A model generated the notes under the pieces. The model worked only from the letters and a program-made list of their open reading frames with translations, searched no databases and had not been told where the DNA came from. DNA of 64,000 bases from Candidatus Latescibacterota bacterium (lineage in GTDB: Bacteria; Latescibacterota; UBA2968), in NCBI GenBank assembly GCA_965116885.1, contig OZ220741.1, positions 1,056,001-1,120,000 on the forward strand, written 5' to 3'. Shown piece by piece: positions 49,062 through 59,387 of this stretch; the stretch's first letter is position 1, and each line of letters opens with the position of its first letter. Both the position numbers and the translations under genes were made by a program.

Positions 49062-49108
49062 GAGTACAAACAAAAGCCCGTCAATCATCACCGATTGACA
49101 GGCTTTTT
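49062..49108. terminator. Bidirectional intrinsic terminator between the GSDH gene and tRNA-Met
   Basis: aaaagcc(c)gtcaatc-atcacc-gattgac(a)ggcttttt. Confidence 0.75.
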
Positions 49109-49116
49109 ATTTTTTG

Positions 49117-49192
49117 TGGTAGCGGCAGAGGGACTCGAACCCCCGACCCATGGATTATGATTCCACTGCTCTACCAGCTGAGCTATGCCGCC
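49117..49192 (-). tRNA. tRNA-Met (CAT), elongator type
   Basis: GGCGGCATAGCTCAGCTGGTAGAGCAGTGGAATCATAATCCATGGGTCGGGGGTTCGAGTCCCTCTGCCGCTACCA; promoter TTGACA-17-TATTTT at 49212-49240. Confidence 0.93.
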
Positions 49193-49247
49193 ACATGATA
49201 TCAGGACGGGAAAAATACAGGAAAATCCTCAGAGTGTCAAGCGTTGG

Positions 49248-49322
49248 AAACAAGCTATCGGCGGTCAGCCCCGTCCTGCCACCACCCAATGGATCGCGGC
49301 TTACACCTTGCCGCGATGACGG
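49248..49322 (+). repeat. Heptamer arm + TGGAT..ATGAC hairpin
   Basis: 49248-69 is a 20/22 reverse-complement match to 10564-85; hairpin at 49290-49322. Confidence 0.75.
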
Positions 49323-49437
49323 TGTTCCTCTGTGAACTGGTCTGCAACCTATCCCCCTTACCATGCATCAAACCTCAAAACCATTGACAACCACCTCAAT
49401 ATAAGGTATTCATGAAAATATACTGTGGAGGACCTTA

Positions 49438-50775
49438 TTGATGAAACCTGTACTCACATTCCTCGTACTCCTTCTCGGACTCGGTTTGCCCACCCGGGCA
49501 GAAGAAGTACACGTCGCCAAAATCAACGGCACCATTGAAGGCGGCGTAGCCGCTTTTGTCACGCGCGTCATGAACGACGCAGAAGACGCGGGCGTCAAAG
49601 CCGTCATCTTCGAAATCGATACCCCTGGTGGTGCTCTCGACGCCGCGCTCACCATCCGGGACGCCATACTCTACAGCGAAACCAAAACCATCGCCTTCAT
49701 CAACCCCCGCGCAATATCTGCGGGCGCCCTCATCGCGCTCTCTACCGACCACATCATCATGGCCGAAGGCGGCACCATTGGCGCGGCCACAGCCGTCGAT
49801 ATGCAGGGCAACAAAGCCAGTGAAAAAATCATCTCGTACTTCCGCAACGAAATGAAAGCCACAGCCGAAAAAACCGGCCGCTCCTCCAAACTGGCCGAAG
49901 CCATGGTCGATGAAGACGTCGATATCGAAGGCCTGGCGCCCAAAGGCAAGCTCCTCACCCTCACCACTGAAGAAGCCATTGAACAAAACATCGCCGACCA
50001 CAAAATCTCCGAAAAAAACGAATCGGAAAAACTCATCGCCGTACTCAAATACTACGACCTCGTACAGGCCAGCATTATCCACCAATCGACCAACTGGGCC
50101 GAACAACTCGTGCGCTATCTCACCAACCCCTATCTGGCCTCGCTGCTCATGACCCTGGGATTTTTGGGCCTGATCTTCGAAATCCAAAGCCCGGGCTGGG
50201 GCATCGGCGGCACCATCGGCTTAGTCTGCCTGGGCCTGTTCTTCGGCAGCCACCTGCTCGTCAACCTCGCCGACTGGTCTGAAATCCTCATCTTCTTTAT
50301 CGGCATCGCGCTCATCCTCATCGACCTGTTCTTTGTCATGGGCTTTGGCCTGCTCGCCATTCCCGGCGCGATCCTGATCTTAACCAGTCTGTTCTTAAGC
50401 CTCATGGGTCGCTATGACCTCTGGACCTGGGACGACATCAACGCCGCGCTCACGCCCTTGCTCTTATCTTTCATTCTCACCGGTGTCCTCGCCATTCTCA
50501 TTTTGCGCTCCCTCCCAAAATCCAGAATATGGAGTCGCCTGGTACTCGACACCGAAGAAAAATCTTCTGAGGGATATGTTGCGGCACCCTACAGCGACCT
50601 CCTCGGTGCATCCGGCACCGCATTCACAGACCTGCGCCCCGGAGGCACCGGCGTATTTGACGGTCGCCGCATCAGCGTATCGACCGAAGGCGAATACTTA
50701 ACCAAAGACACACCCGTCACAATCATCGAAATCGAAGGCAGTCGCGTCATTGTGCGAAAAATAGAAGACACATAA
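49438..50775 (+). CDS. nfeD: NfeD-family membrane serine protease (YqeZ-like)
   Basis: IDTPGG, AISAGALIAL, GTIGAA, AEAMVD, LLTLT, TM domain, C-terminal OB fold DLRPGG. Confidence 0.9.
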   Translation: MMKPVLTFLVLLLGLGLPTRAEEVHVAKINGTIEGGVAAFVTRVMNDAEDAGVKAVIFEIDTPGGALDAALTIRDAILYSETKTIAFINPRAISAGALIALSTDHIIMAEGGTIGAATAVDMQGNKASEKIISYFRNEMKATAEKTGRSSKLAEAMVDEDVDIEGLAPKGKLLTLTTEEAIEQNIADHKISEKNESEKLIAVLKYYDLVQASIIHQSTNWAEQLVRYLTNPYLASLLMTLGFLGLIFEIQSPGWGIGGTIGLVCLGLFFGSHLLVNLADWSEILIFFIGIALILIDLFFVMGFGLLAIPGAILILTSLFLSLMGRYDLWTWDDINAALTPLLLSFILTGVLAILILRSLPKSRIWSRLVLDTEEKSSEGYVAAPYSDLLGASGTAFTDLRPGGTGVFDGRRISVSTEGEYLTKDTPVTIIEIEGSRVIVRKIEDT

Positions 50776-50802
50776 GACCGACCATTTTTTAAGGAGCTTT
50801 TC

Positions 50803-51783
50803 ATGGACGCCGTTTTTCTACTCCTCATTGTTGCCGCAGGTATTCTGGGACTCTCCCTCTTCTTCTACTTCATCCCCGTCGGCCTCTGGATCTCTGCCAT
50901 TGCCGCGCGCGTGCGCATCGGCATTGGCGAACTCATCGGCATGCGCCTGCGTCGCGTACCCCCGCGCATCATCCTCGGCTCGCAAATCAACGCAACCAAA
51001 GCGGGCCTCGACATACCCACCGCATTTCTCGAAGCCCACTACCTCGCTGGCGGTCATGTCGAAAACGTCGTCAACGCACTCATCGCCGCAGACAAAGCCG
51101 GCATTGGACTAACCGGCGAACGCGCCGCCGCCATTGACCTTGCCGGACGCGACGTACTCGAAGCCGTACAGGTCAGCGTCAATCCCAAAGTCATCTCCAC
51201 CCCCATGGTCACCGCCGTTGCCAAAGACGGCATACAGGTCAAAGCGACCTCGCGCGTCACAGTTCGCGCCAACATAGAACGCCTGGTCGGCGGTGCGGGT
51301 GAAGAAACCATCATGGCCCGCGTGGGCGAAGGCATCGTCACCACCATCGGCTCCTCGGAAACCCACAAAGACGTACTCGAAAATCCCGACATGATCTCCA
51401 AAACCGTACTCGACAAGGGCCTCGACTCGGGCACTGCCTACGAAATCCTCTCCATCGACATCGCCGACGTGGATGTGGGCGACAACATCGGTGCAAAACT
51501 CCAGACAGACCAGGCAGAAGCCGACAAAAACATCGCACAGGCGCGCGCCGAAGAACGCAGGGCAATGGCCGTTGCACAAGAACAAGAAATGGCAGCCCGC
51601 GTTGAGGAAATGCGCGCCCGCGTCGTCGAAGCCGAAGCCGAAGTCCCGCTCGCAATGGCCGACGCATTCCGCAGTGGCAACATGGGCATCATGGACTACT
51701 ACCGCATGCGCAACATCGAAGCCGACACGCAAATGCGCGAAGGCATCGCTGGTGAAACAGAAGAAGAAGAAGAGAACAATTAA
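50803..51783 (+). CDS. floA: Flotillin-like protein FloA (YqfA)
   Basis: [47 protein letters not shown]. Confidence 0.95.
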   Translation: MDAVFLLLIVAAGILGLSLFFYFIPVGLWISAIAARVRIGIGELIGMRLRRVPPRIILGSQINATKAGLDIPTAFLEAHYLAGGHVENVVNALIAADKAGIGLTGERAAAIDLAGRDVLEAVQVSVNPKVISTPMVTAVAKDGIQVKATSRVTVRANIERLVGGAGEETIMARVGEGIVTTIGSSETHKDVLENPDMISKTVLDKGLDSGTAYEILSIDIADVDVGDNIGAKLQTDQAEADKNIAQARAEERRAMAVAQEQEMAARVEEMRARVVEAEAEVPLAMADAFRSGNMGIMDYYRMRNIEADTQMREGIAGETEEEEENN

Positions 51784-51787
51784 AGAC

Positions 51788-51868
51788 GGGACGGCACAGG
51801 GGCCGTCCCCTACAAGATACACAACCGACCCAGACAACCACTGTAGGGGCGACCCCCTGTGGTCGCCC
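51788..51868. repeat. Inverted pair of GTAG-type REPs
   Basis: gggacggc-acaggg-gccgtccc-ctac (51788-51813) and gtag-gggcgacc-ccctgt-ggtcgccc (51843-51868). Confidence 0.8.
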
Positions 51869-51900
51869 GCACCATAACCCATAACAAATGGTCTTACACC

Positions 51901-52473
51901 ATGGAACTGGAAGTACTCTTACCGCTAATCGTGTTTCTCTTCTTCAGCCTTATCGCGCCGCTCATAAAAAGGCTGCGAGGCACCAGAGAACCCGACGAAT
52001 CCAAACTCCAGCGCAGGCAAACGTCCCGCGACGCAGGTGCCGACGACCCCTTTGAAGAGGAGTTTGACCTTTCCGAATGGGAAGTCATCTTCGGACCTAC
52101 TGAACCCGAACCTGAACCCGAACCAAAACCACCTTCAGAGTTCCAGGAGGTACAGGGCAAACGCCCCGTCTCTGAAGCAGACACCGGACCAGAGTTTCGG
52201 GAAGTTGAAGGCAAGCGTCCCGTTTCCGAAGCAGACACCGGACCGGAATTTCAAGAGGTTGAAGGCAAGCGCCCCGTCTCCGACGAATCATCTTACATCG
52301 AAGGCCAGACCTCATTTATACGCGCATCAGAAACCGAAATGCTCCTGCGCCCCAAACGCAAAAAACGCCGTATAAAACTCGATTTTGAACCCGACACCAT
52401 CCGCAAAGCCATCATCTACAACGAAATCATCGGACCGCCACGCGCTGAAACAGATCACTTCAAAAACCCTTGA
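51901..52473 (+). CDS. YqfB-like membrane-anchored protein with 18-aa repeats
   Basis: N-terminal TM, acidic disordered middle, C-terminal IRKAIIYNEIIGPPRA; third gene of the nfeD-floA operon. Confidence 0.7.
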   Translation: MELEVLLPLIVFLFFSLIAPLIKRLRGTREPDESKLQRRQTSRDAGADDPFEEEFDLSEWEVIFGPTEPEPEPEPKPPSEFQEVQGKRPVSEADTGPEFREVEGKRPVSEADTGPEFQEVEGKRPVSDESSYIEGQTSFIRASETEMLLRPKRKKRRIKLDFEPDTIRKAIIYNEIIGPPRAETDHFKNP

Positions 52474-52519
52474 CACACAATCCCGCGTTTGGGATATTGT
52501 TCACCATGGAACATCAGGT

Positions 52520-52606
52520 GCCGAAGTGGTGGAACTGGTAGACGCGCTGGACTCAAAATCCAGTGGCCGCAAGGCCGTGTGGGTTCGAGTCCCACCTTCG
52601 GCACCA
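52520..52606 (+). tRNA. tRNA-Leu (CAA)
   Basis: 87 nt, long variable arm, anticodon arm ctgga-ctCAAaa-tccag, CCA end; promoter TTGACA-17-GATATT at 52470-98. Confidence 0.95.
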
Positions 52607-52621
52607 TAAATTCGCTTTTTC

Positions 52622-52657
52622 AGGAGGTGACATCACAATATGTCACCTCCTTTTTTC
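52622..52657 (+). terminator. Intrinsic terminator
   Basis: aggaggtgacat-cacaat-atgtcacctcct followed by a T run. Confidence 0.85.
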
Positions 52658-52720
52658 TTTGCCTTGACAGCGGGAATAAACTGTATTAGGATGCATCCCG
52701 ATATTCACAGGAGAGACATA

Positions 52721-54067
52721 ATGTCTGACCATTACGACGTCATAGTAGCGGGCGCGGGCATAGGCGGATTGTGTGCGGCGTTGCGCGCTCGGGAAAAAGG
52801 CGCGTCCGTTGCCATCGTCGAAAAAGCTGAAACAATCGGCGGATCCGCCGCTGTATCGGGCGGCACCATCTGGTGTGCAAAAAACATCGACGAATGGCTC
52901 AAAGTGCAGCCCAATGGCGACATCTCACTCGGCACCGCGCTCATCGACCGCTTCTACACAGGCATCGAATGGCTCCGCAAACAGGGCGTATCCCTGCAAG
53001 CGCGCGAAGACAAACCGTACAAATTTCAACGCACCATCTACCAGTTCACCCCCGATGCGCGCACCGCACTGGAAATCCTCGGCTATCAATTCCAACACAT
53101 GGGCGGCACCATCCTCACCCACACCGGCCTGACCGGCCTCATCGGCGGCAACGGCAAACCCATCACAGGCGTCAAAACCACACATACAAAAATAACAGCC
53201 CGCGCCGTCATCCTATCAACCGGTGGATACCAAGCCAGCCCCGAATTGCGCGCGCAGTACTTCGGCGCGGAATCCGATCACATGATCGTCCGCGGCGTAC
53301 CTCAAAACACCGGCGGCGGATTTCAAAGCGCACTCGAAGCGGGCGCGCAACCCACAGAGCCCCTCAACCGCTTCTACGGCCACCTCCTCCCCGCACCCCC
53401 CGCACGAGTCGGCCTCCACAACTTTCTCAAAGTCAAACCCGACTTCAGCGAATACGCCATCTTAATCAACCTCAAAGGCGAGCGATTCGACGACGAATAT
53501 CTCGGCGACGAAGTCACCTGCCACACCCTCGTCCAACAACCTCAGGCCACCGCCATCCTCATCTTTGACCAGCACATCCGCGACAACCAGAACGCACTCT
53601 CGCAATGGCCCACGCCAGACAACGACCGCGTCAAAAACATCCGCGAAGCAGGCGGCGAAGTCATCGAAACATCCTCCTTGCCCGAACTCACCCGCGCACT
53701 GACCAACCGCTGGCACATCCCCGCCCACACATTCGAAAAAACAATGGCCGAATACGCCACCGCCTGCGCCACCGGCAACGGCCAAACCCTCTCAATACCA
53801 AAAACCGGCGGCCTCATCCCCCTCAACACACCGCCCTATTACGCCATCCGCACCCTGCCCGGCATCACCTTCACCTACGGCGGTGCCAAAATCAACGCCC
53901 AGGCACAAGTCATAGACAAAAACGACCAGCCCATCCCGGGCCTCTACGCAGCCGGCGCCGACTGTGGCGGCATCTACACCCGGGGCTACACAGGCGGTTT
54001 GTGCATGGGCCTCGCCTATGGCCTCATCGCAGGTGAAAACGCGGCGGAATACACCACACAGAAATAG
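52721..54067 (+). CDS. FAD-dependent oxidoreductase (fumarate reductase flavoprotein/TcuA/KstD-like)
   Basis: DVIVAGAGIGG, GGSAAVSGG, STGGY, NTGGG, TFTYGG, GLYAAG; RBS AGGAG. Confidence 0.85.
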   Translation: MSDHYDVIVAGAGIGGLCAALRAREKGASVAIVEKAETIGGSAAVSGGTIWCAKNIDEWLKVQPNGDISLGTALIDRFYTGIEWLRKQGVSLQAREDKPYKFQRTIYQFTPDARTALEILGYQFQHMGGTILTHTGLTGLIGGNGKPITGVKTTHTKITARAVILSTGGYQASPELRAQYFGAESDHMIVRGVPQNTGGGFQSALEAGAQPTEPLNRFYGHLLPAPPARVGLHNFLKVKPDFSEYAILINLKGERFDDEYLGDEVTCHTLVQQPQATAILIFDQHIRDNQNALSQWPTPDNDRVKNIREAGGEVIETSSLPELTRALTNRWHIPAHTFEKTMAEYATACATGNGQTLSIPKTGGLIPLNTPPYYAIRTLPGITFTYGGAKINAQAQVIDKNDQPIPGLYAAGADCGGIYTRGYTGGLCMGLAYGLIAGENAAEYTTQK

Positions 54068-54100
54068 ACATTCAACATCCACACCAAAAATGGAGACCCC

Positions 54101-55645
54101 ATGCAACCCAACATCCTCTTTGCTTTTGCCGACGACTGGGGGCGTTACGCCAGCGCATATCAGCGCATAGAAGGCCCCAACTCCCTCAACCAGCTCATCG
54201 ACACCCCCAACTTTGACCGCATCGCCCGCGAAGGCGCGCTATTCACCAACGCCTTTGTACCCGCGCCGAGTTGCACCCCCTGCCGAAGCTCTATCCTCTC
54301 TGGACAATACTTCTGGCAAACCGGCCTCGGTGCCATCTTACAAGGCGCGATATGGGACGAAAGCATCCCCACCTATCCCCTCGAACTCGAAAAAGCCGGA
54401 TACCACATCGGCTACACCTACAAAGTCTGGTCCCCCGGAAAAGCCGCCAACGCCCCTTATGGCGCCGACCGAACCCGCTATGAATCCGCCGGCACCAACT
54501 ACCGGGGATTCTCCCACTGGGCAACCAGACACGCCGACGAATTGGGCGTTGAAGGTGCCAAACAAGCACTCCTGAACGAAACCCGCGACAACTTCAATTC
54601 ATTCCTCGACGCCCGCCCCCAAAACACACCCTTCTGCTACTGGTGGGGGCCCACCAACACCCACCGCTCCTGGGAACGCGGATCGGGCAAAGCCTTATGG
54701 GATCTGGAACCCGACGACCTCAAAGGCCGCTTACCCTCCTTCCTGCCCGATGTACACGACATCCGCGAAGACATAGCCGACTACCTGGGCGAATGTCAGG
54801 CTGTCGATGCTGGCCTCGGCGTCTTAATCCAGCGTCTCGAAGAAATCGGCGAACTCGACAACACCCTCATCGTCGTCAGCGGCGACCACGGCATACCGGG
54901 CTTTCCCCGCGGCAAATGCAACCTCTACGACATCGGCTGCGAAGTCACCCTCGCCGCACGCTGGCCCAACAACATCCCCGCGGGACGCACCGTAGAAGAC
55001 TTTGTCAACCTCATGGACCTCGCCCCCACATTCCTCGAAGCCGCGGGCGCAGACATCCCCGATACCATGACCGGCAAAAGCCTCCTCCCCGTCCTCAAAA
55101 GCGACCAGAGCGGCCTCGTTGATCCCGACCGCACCTTTGTCATCACCGGACGAGAACGGCACGTTGGCACCGCAAGAGAAGGCCAGCTACCCTATCCGCA
55201 ACGCGCCATCCGCAACGCCGACTTCCTCTACATCCACAACTTTGCACCCGACCGCTGGCCCATGGGCGATCCCCAGGGACTCGACGACCTCCATGCAGAA
55301 GCCCCTTCTGCCGAAGAACTCACCAGAAACACCCGCGTCGCCTATCCCGACATGGATTCCAGCCCCACAAAATCCTATATGATCCTCCACCGTGCAGAAC
55401 AAGACGTACAGGAACTATTCGAAATCGGCTTTGGCAAACGTCCGCGTGAAGAACTCTACGACCTGCGCGTGGACCCGCACTACATGAACAACATCGCCGA
55501 CGACCCCGAATACGACCCCATCCGCAAAGAACTCGCCACCGCACTCATGCAAACCCTGCGCGAACAAAGCGACCCGCGCCTCGTCGAATCGCCCTGCCGA
55601 TTCGAGCACGCGCCTTATGCCGGACCAGTTGACGAAAATTGGTAA
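54101..55645 (+). CDS. Formylglycine-type sulfatase (N-sulfoglucosamine sulfohydrolase-like)
   Basis: [44 protein letters not shown]; no signal peptide. Confidence 0.9.
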   Translation: MQPNILFAFADDWGRYASAYQRIEGPNSLNQLIDTPNFDRIAREGALFTNAFVPAPSCTPCRSSILSGQYFWQTGLGAILQGAIWDESIPTYPLELEKAGYHIGYTYKVWSPGKAANAPYGADRTRYESAGTNYRGFSHWATRHADELGVEGAKQALLNETRDNFNSFLDARPQNTPFCYWWGPTNTHRSWERGSGKALWDLEPDDLKGRLPSFLPDVHDIREDIADYLGECQAVDAGLGVLIQRLEEIGELDNTLIVVSGDHGIPGFPRGKCNLYDIGCEVTLAARWPNNIPAGRTVEDFVNLMDLAPTFLEAAGADIPDTMTGKSLLPVLKSDQSGLVDPDRTFVITGRERHVGTAREGQLPYPQRAIRNADFLYIHNFAPDRWPMGDPQGLDDLHAEAPSAEELTRNTRVAYPDMDSSPTKSYMILHRAEQDVQELFEIGFGKRPREELYDLRVDPHYMNNIADDPEYDPIRKELATALMQTLREQSDPRLVESPCRFEHAPYAGPVDENW

Positions 55646-55679
55646 AAAAAACGGCTCCTTTATTAAGGAGCCGTTTTTT
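55644..55679. terminator. Bidirectional terminator
   Basis: aaaaaacggctcctt-tatt-aaggagccgtttttt. Confidence 0.85.
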
Positions 55680-55697
55680 CATATCCTACAAACAACT

Positions 55698-57107
55698 TTA
55701 ATGAAACACCACCATCTTCGTCTCCGTCATCTCCTCCACCGCGTACTTCGGTCCCTCCTTGCCCATCCCGCTATCCTTCAGCCCGCCGTAGGGCATCAAA
55801 TCCGCGCGCCACTGCGTACCCCAATTGACGTGAATATTGCCCGAATGGACCTCCCGCGCAAACCGCATCGCCCAGTGGATATTCTCTGTAAACAGTGCCG
55901 CACTCAAACCGTAATTCGTATCATTCGCCATCGCAATAGCAGCGTCGATATCGTCAAACCGCGTAATACCCACCGCAGGCCCGAACAATTCATCGCACGA
56001 AATTTTCATACTCGGATCCACATCGGCCAGAATCGTCGGTTGATAAATCGCACCATCGCGCTCGCCGCCCGTCACAAGACGCGCGCCAGCCCCCACCGCA
56101 TCCTGAATCCACGCCTGCACGCGCTCGGCATCGCGCTCCCGTACCATCGGCCCCATCATCACGCCATCAGCAATGGGATTGCCCGTCGCCAGCGCCTCGA
56201 CCTTTGGCGTCAACGCATCGATAAAATCGCCGTAAACCGCGTCATTGACAATCACCCGCTGTGCTGAAATACACACCTGCCCGGCATTGGCAAAACCCGT
56301 CGTCGCGGTCGCAGCAGCCACCTGATCCAGATCCGCATCCGGCATCACAATCAAAGGCGCATTGGACCCGAGTTCCATCGTCACCTTCTTCAACCCCGCC
56401 ATATTGCAAATCTCCTCCCCCACATCGCGGCTACCCGTAAAACTAATCTTGCGCACGCGGGTATCCGAACACAGCGCATGGCCCAACTCATTCCCCGGAC
56501 CCGTAATACACTGCACAGCCTCGGCAGGCACACCGGCCTCCACCAGAATCTCCACCAGCTTCAGCGCCGAAAGCGGCGTATCCGTAGCCGGCTTCACAAT
56601 CACCGCATTGCCCGCAGCGAGTGCAGGACCCACCTTGTGACACACCAGATTCAGGGGAAAATTAAACGGCGTAATCGCCAGCACCACCCCACACGGCACG
56701 CGCAGCGTAAAACCAAACTGATCGCGCACGCCCGAACCGCCATCCAGCGGAATGGTCTCGCCGTACAACCGCTTGGCCTCCTCTGCAGACAGCGTCATCG
56801 TCTCAATCGCCCGGCCGGCCTCGCCGATGCCCTCAGCCAGGACCTTGCCCTCTTCCAGCGTAATCGTACGCCCCAAATCCTCAACCCGTTCCTGCATCAA
56901 ATTCACAGCCCGATGCAAAATCTCATACCGCTCATAAGCCGTCAAAGCCGCCATCGCTTTGGCACCGCGCACGGCCGTCGCAATCGCCACCTCTGCATCT
57001 GCGGCATCGCCTTTGGGCACCGTATCCACCACCGAATTGTCAAATGGATTGATCACATCGATCTTCTCAGCCTTATCCACCCATTGACCGCCAATATGCA
57101 TCTTCAC
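55698..57107 (-). CDS. NAD(P)-dependent aldehyde dehydrogenase
   Basis: ITPFNFP, KPA, FTGS, MELGSN, GQVCIS, ELFGP, YGGLKDSG. Confidence 0.93.
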   Translation of the reverse strand: MKMHIGGQWVDKAEKIDVINPFDNSVVDTVPKGDAADAEVAIATAVRGAKAMAALTAYERYEILHRAVNLMQERVEDLGRTITLEEGKVLAEGIGEAGRAIETMTLSAEEAKRLYGETIPLDGGSGVRDQFGFTLRVPCGVVLAITPFNFPLNLVCHKVGPALAAGNAVIVKPATDTPLSALKLVEILVEAGVPAEAVQCITGPGNELGHALCSDTRVRKISFTGSRDVGEEICNMAGLKKVTMELGSNAPLIVMPDADLDQVAAATATTGFANAGQVCISAQRVIVNDAVYGDFIDALTPKVEALATGNPIADGVMMGPMVRERDAERVQAWIQDAVGAGARLVTGGERDGAIYQPTILADVDPSMKISCDELFGPAVGITRFDDIDAAIAMANDTNYGLSAALFTENIHWAMRFAREVHSGNIHVNWGTQWRADLMPYGGLKDSGMGKEGPKYAVEEMTETKMVVFH

Positions 57108-57219
57108 GGCAAACCTCCTTAAATCAGTTAAAAATTACCATTCTCGAACTTCTATTTCATCTCAGACCACTCATCATGCACAGCGACACCCTGCAAGTCA
57201 ACAAAATTCATCCCAACCC

Positions 57220-58269
57220 TCACCGCAACCACGCATCCAGATGTTCCGCCACAAAATCGTCGTCATTCAAATGCGGATAAGCATCATACACGCGATTGAT
57301 CTCCTCCGCTTGTCCCGGCGACAGACCCTCCTCGGGATTCAGACACCAGACCCCCTCCAAAAGCCCCTGCCTTCGCAACACCTCGTGAACACCGGCAATA
57401 CACCCGTGAAAATCATTGGCCACATCAAAAAACGCCGCATTGCAATCCGTCACCTCAATCGCCCGCGTCAGCATCTCCCCTGGCACAGCATCCAGTTGCG
57501 CAATCTCGTGACACGCCCTCAGAATTTCCACCGCCTTCTTTGTCCACACCGCCCAATGCCCCAAAAGTCCACCCACAATACGCACATCCACACACGCGCC
57601 ATCGCACACAAACCGATGTGACGTCAGCAAATCCATCACAATATTATCGTCATTCCCCGTATAAAGCGCAATATCCGCCACCCGCCCCGCAGCCACGACC
57701 CCGCGAATCACATCCAGCGTCTGATACCGATTAAAAGGCGCAATCTTAATCCCCACCACAGACTCTATCTCTGCAAAACGCCGCCAAAAATCAAACGGCA
57801 ACACACATCCTCCCACAGCCGGCTGCAGATAAAACCCCATCACCGGAATCACATCGGCTATGGCGCGGCAATGTGCAACCATCGCATCGACACTCGCATT
57901 GGCAAAAGCGCGCAAACTCACCAACCCGACCTCATAGCCGCAATCACGCGCTATTTCTGCCTCTGCCACCGCCTGTCGCGTATTGCCCACAATACCAGCC
58001 ACGCGGATAAAATCAGCCGGTGCATCGGCATCCATCACACACGCTGCCAGTTCCAAAACGGGCCGGTACAAATCCCATTTGGGATCGCGGATTTCAAATT
58101 GCGTGGTATGCACCCCCACGGCCAATCCCCCCGCGCCAGCAGCAATATAATAGCGCGACAACGCCTGCTGCCGCCGCGCGTCCAACTTCCGCTCGGCAGT
58201 CAGAGCCAGCGGATGTGCGGGAATCACCTGCCCTTTCTTCAATGCAATCTCGACATCTTTTGTCAACAT
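57220..58269 (-). CDS. DapA/NAL-like class I aldolase family protein
   Basis: AVGVHTTQF, FYLQP, Schiff-base candidate GIKIAPFNRY, YTGNDD. Confidence 0.75.
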   Translation of the reverse strand: MLTKDVEIALKKGQVIPAHPLALTAERKLDARRQQALSRYYIAAGAGGLAVGVHTTQFEIRDPKWDLYRPVLELAACVMDADAPADFIRVAGIVGNTRQAVAEAEIARDCGYEVGLVSLRAFANASVDAMVAHCRAIADVIPVMGFYLQPAVGGCVLPFDFWRRFAEIESVVGIKIAPFNRYQTLDVIRGVVAAGRVADIALYTGNDDNIVMDLLTSHRFVCDGACVDVRIVGGLLGHWAVWTKKAVEILRACHEIAQLDAVPGEMLTRAIEVTDCNAAFFDVANDFHGCIAGVHEVLRRQGLLEGVWCLNPEEGLSPGQAEEINRVYDAYPHLNDDDFVAEHLDAWLR

Positions 58270-58272
58270 CTG

Positions 58273-58884
58273 TCATTCTCCATTTGTTCCCCGCCTCTCC
58301 AACTCAGCCCGATAATCTTCTGGCGTATCCAGATCCCGCAAAATACCCTCATCATCGACCGACACCTCCCTCGTATCTTGCGGGTGCCCCCGCATAACCG
58401 GCTTGAGACCTTCATCCCCTGAAAGTCCCAAAATCTCGCTCTGATAACGCGACAAATTGATCAGCACTGGATGCCCGCGCTTGCCACCCGATATGGGAAT
58501 CGCAATACCCCGATCGCCTTCGCGGTATGCCCGCACCACAGCCTGAACAACATTCAATTCAATCTGAGGCTGATCGCCAAGCGCGATAAGCACAGCACCT
58601 GCATCTGCAGGCAAATGACGGAGACCGCAAAGTACACTGGAAAACATCCCCTCGCGGTAGGCATCATTCACACAACACAGCACGGGCCGACCGCGCAAAC
58701 TCTCGCGCACAGCATCTGCATCGTGCCCCAAAACTACCACAACACCAGCCAGATCAGCACCTGACAGCGTATCAACTACTGTTTGAAGAATCGTTCTATC
58801 GCCAAAAGGCAACAACTGTTTGGTTGACCCCATGCGCTGCGCCATACCCGCGGCCAGCACAAGACCGTAAATTTGCTCTTTCAT
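58273..58884 (-). CDS. Molybdenum cofactor cytidylyltransferase-like nucleotidyltransferase (MocA family)
   Basis: LAAGMAQRMG..KQLL, GMFSS, LGDQP, GHPV, GDEG, DLDTPEDY. Confidence 0.85.
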   Translation of the reverse strand: MKEQIYGLVLAAGMAQRMGSTKQLLPFGDRTILQTVVDTLSGADLAGVVVVLGHDADAVRESLRGRPVLCCVNDAYREGMFSSVLCGLRHLPADAGAVLIALGDQPQIELNVVQAVVRAYREGDRGIAIPISGGKRGHPVLINLSRYQSEILGLSGDEGLKPVMRGHPQDTREVSVDDEGILRDLDTPEDYRAELERRGTNGE

Positions 58885-58889
58885 ATATC

Positions 58890-58930
58890 GGCTTTCAGCT
58901 TTCAGCTAATAGCTCGTTTTGCTAACCGCT
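58890..58930. repeat. Degenerate heptamer repeat
   Basis: gctttca-gctttca-gctaata-gct, same style as 10564 and 49248. Confidence 0.45.
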
Positions 58931-59152
58931 GCACGCGCAGCACAACGCCAGTATAGCTTATTTTGCATTCGTAGTATAAAGATAAGGCTTACTGTTGACA
59001 AGTGCGTATTTTAACAGCTTATACATCATTTTGCAAACTTATAACAAAACAACAATTTATTAAAATACCTTGACTTTTTTTTTACAGGCATTAAATTTTC
59101 CGGGGTTATAAACAAACGGAACGCGGGCATCTCAAAACGCGAGGTCACACCA

Positions 59153-59386
59153 TTGATTTGCGAACAATGTGGCAAAGTTCCGGCAACAAAAGCACAAACG
59201 CATGTCGAAAACGGCATAAAACGCGTCCTTTATCGCTGTGATACCTGCGCGACCCTTACTTCCCCCAAATTAGACCGTCCGTGCGCGCAGTGCAAACAGC
59301 GAGAAGGCGAGATTAAACTCACTCGTATTCGCCCGCATGGCCGAGTAGTTACATATATATGTCAAGCCTGTGCTGACGTAAACTAA
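59153..59386 (+). CDS. Small protein with four CxxC motifs (McsA N-terminal-like zinc fingers)
   Basis: CEQC, CDTC, CAQC, CQAC; TTG start with GAGGT RBS; 1 bp gap before the next gene. Confidence 0.7.
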   Translation: MICEQCGKVPATKAQTHVENGIKRVLYRCDTCATLTSPKLDRPCAQCKQREGEIKLTRIRPHGRVVTYICQACADVN

Positions 59387-59387
59387 T

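Noticed and set aside
49054..49064. 11-bp inverted match (agctggtagag) to the tRNA-Met D-arm as an att site
   Set aside because: Short, inverted and from the 5' half; att duplications are direct copies of the 3' end
49117..49192. Initiator tRNA-fMet or tRNA-Ile2
   Set aside because: No 1:72 C-A mismatch and no three G-C pairs in the anticodon stem; acceptor stem resembles elongator Met; Ile2 is not fully excluded
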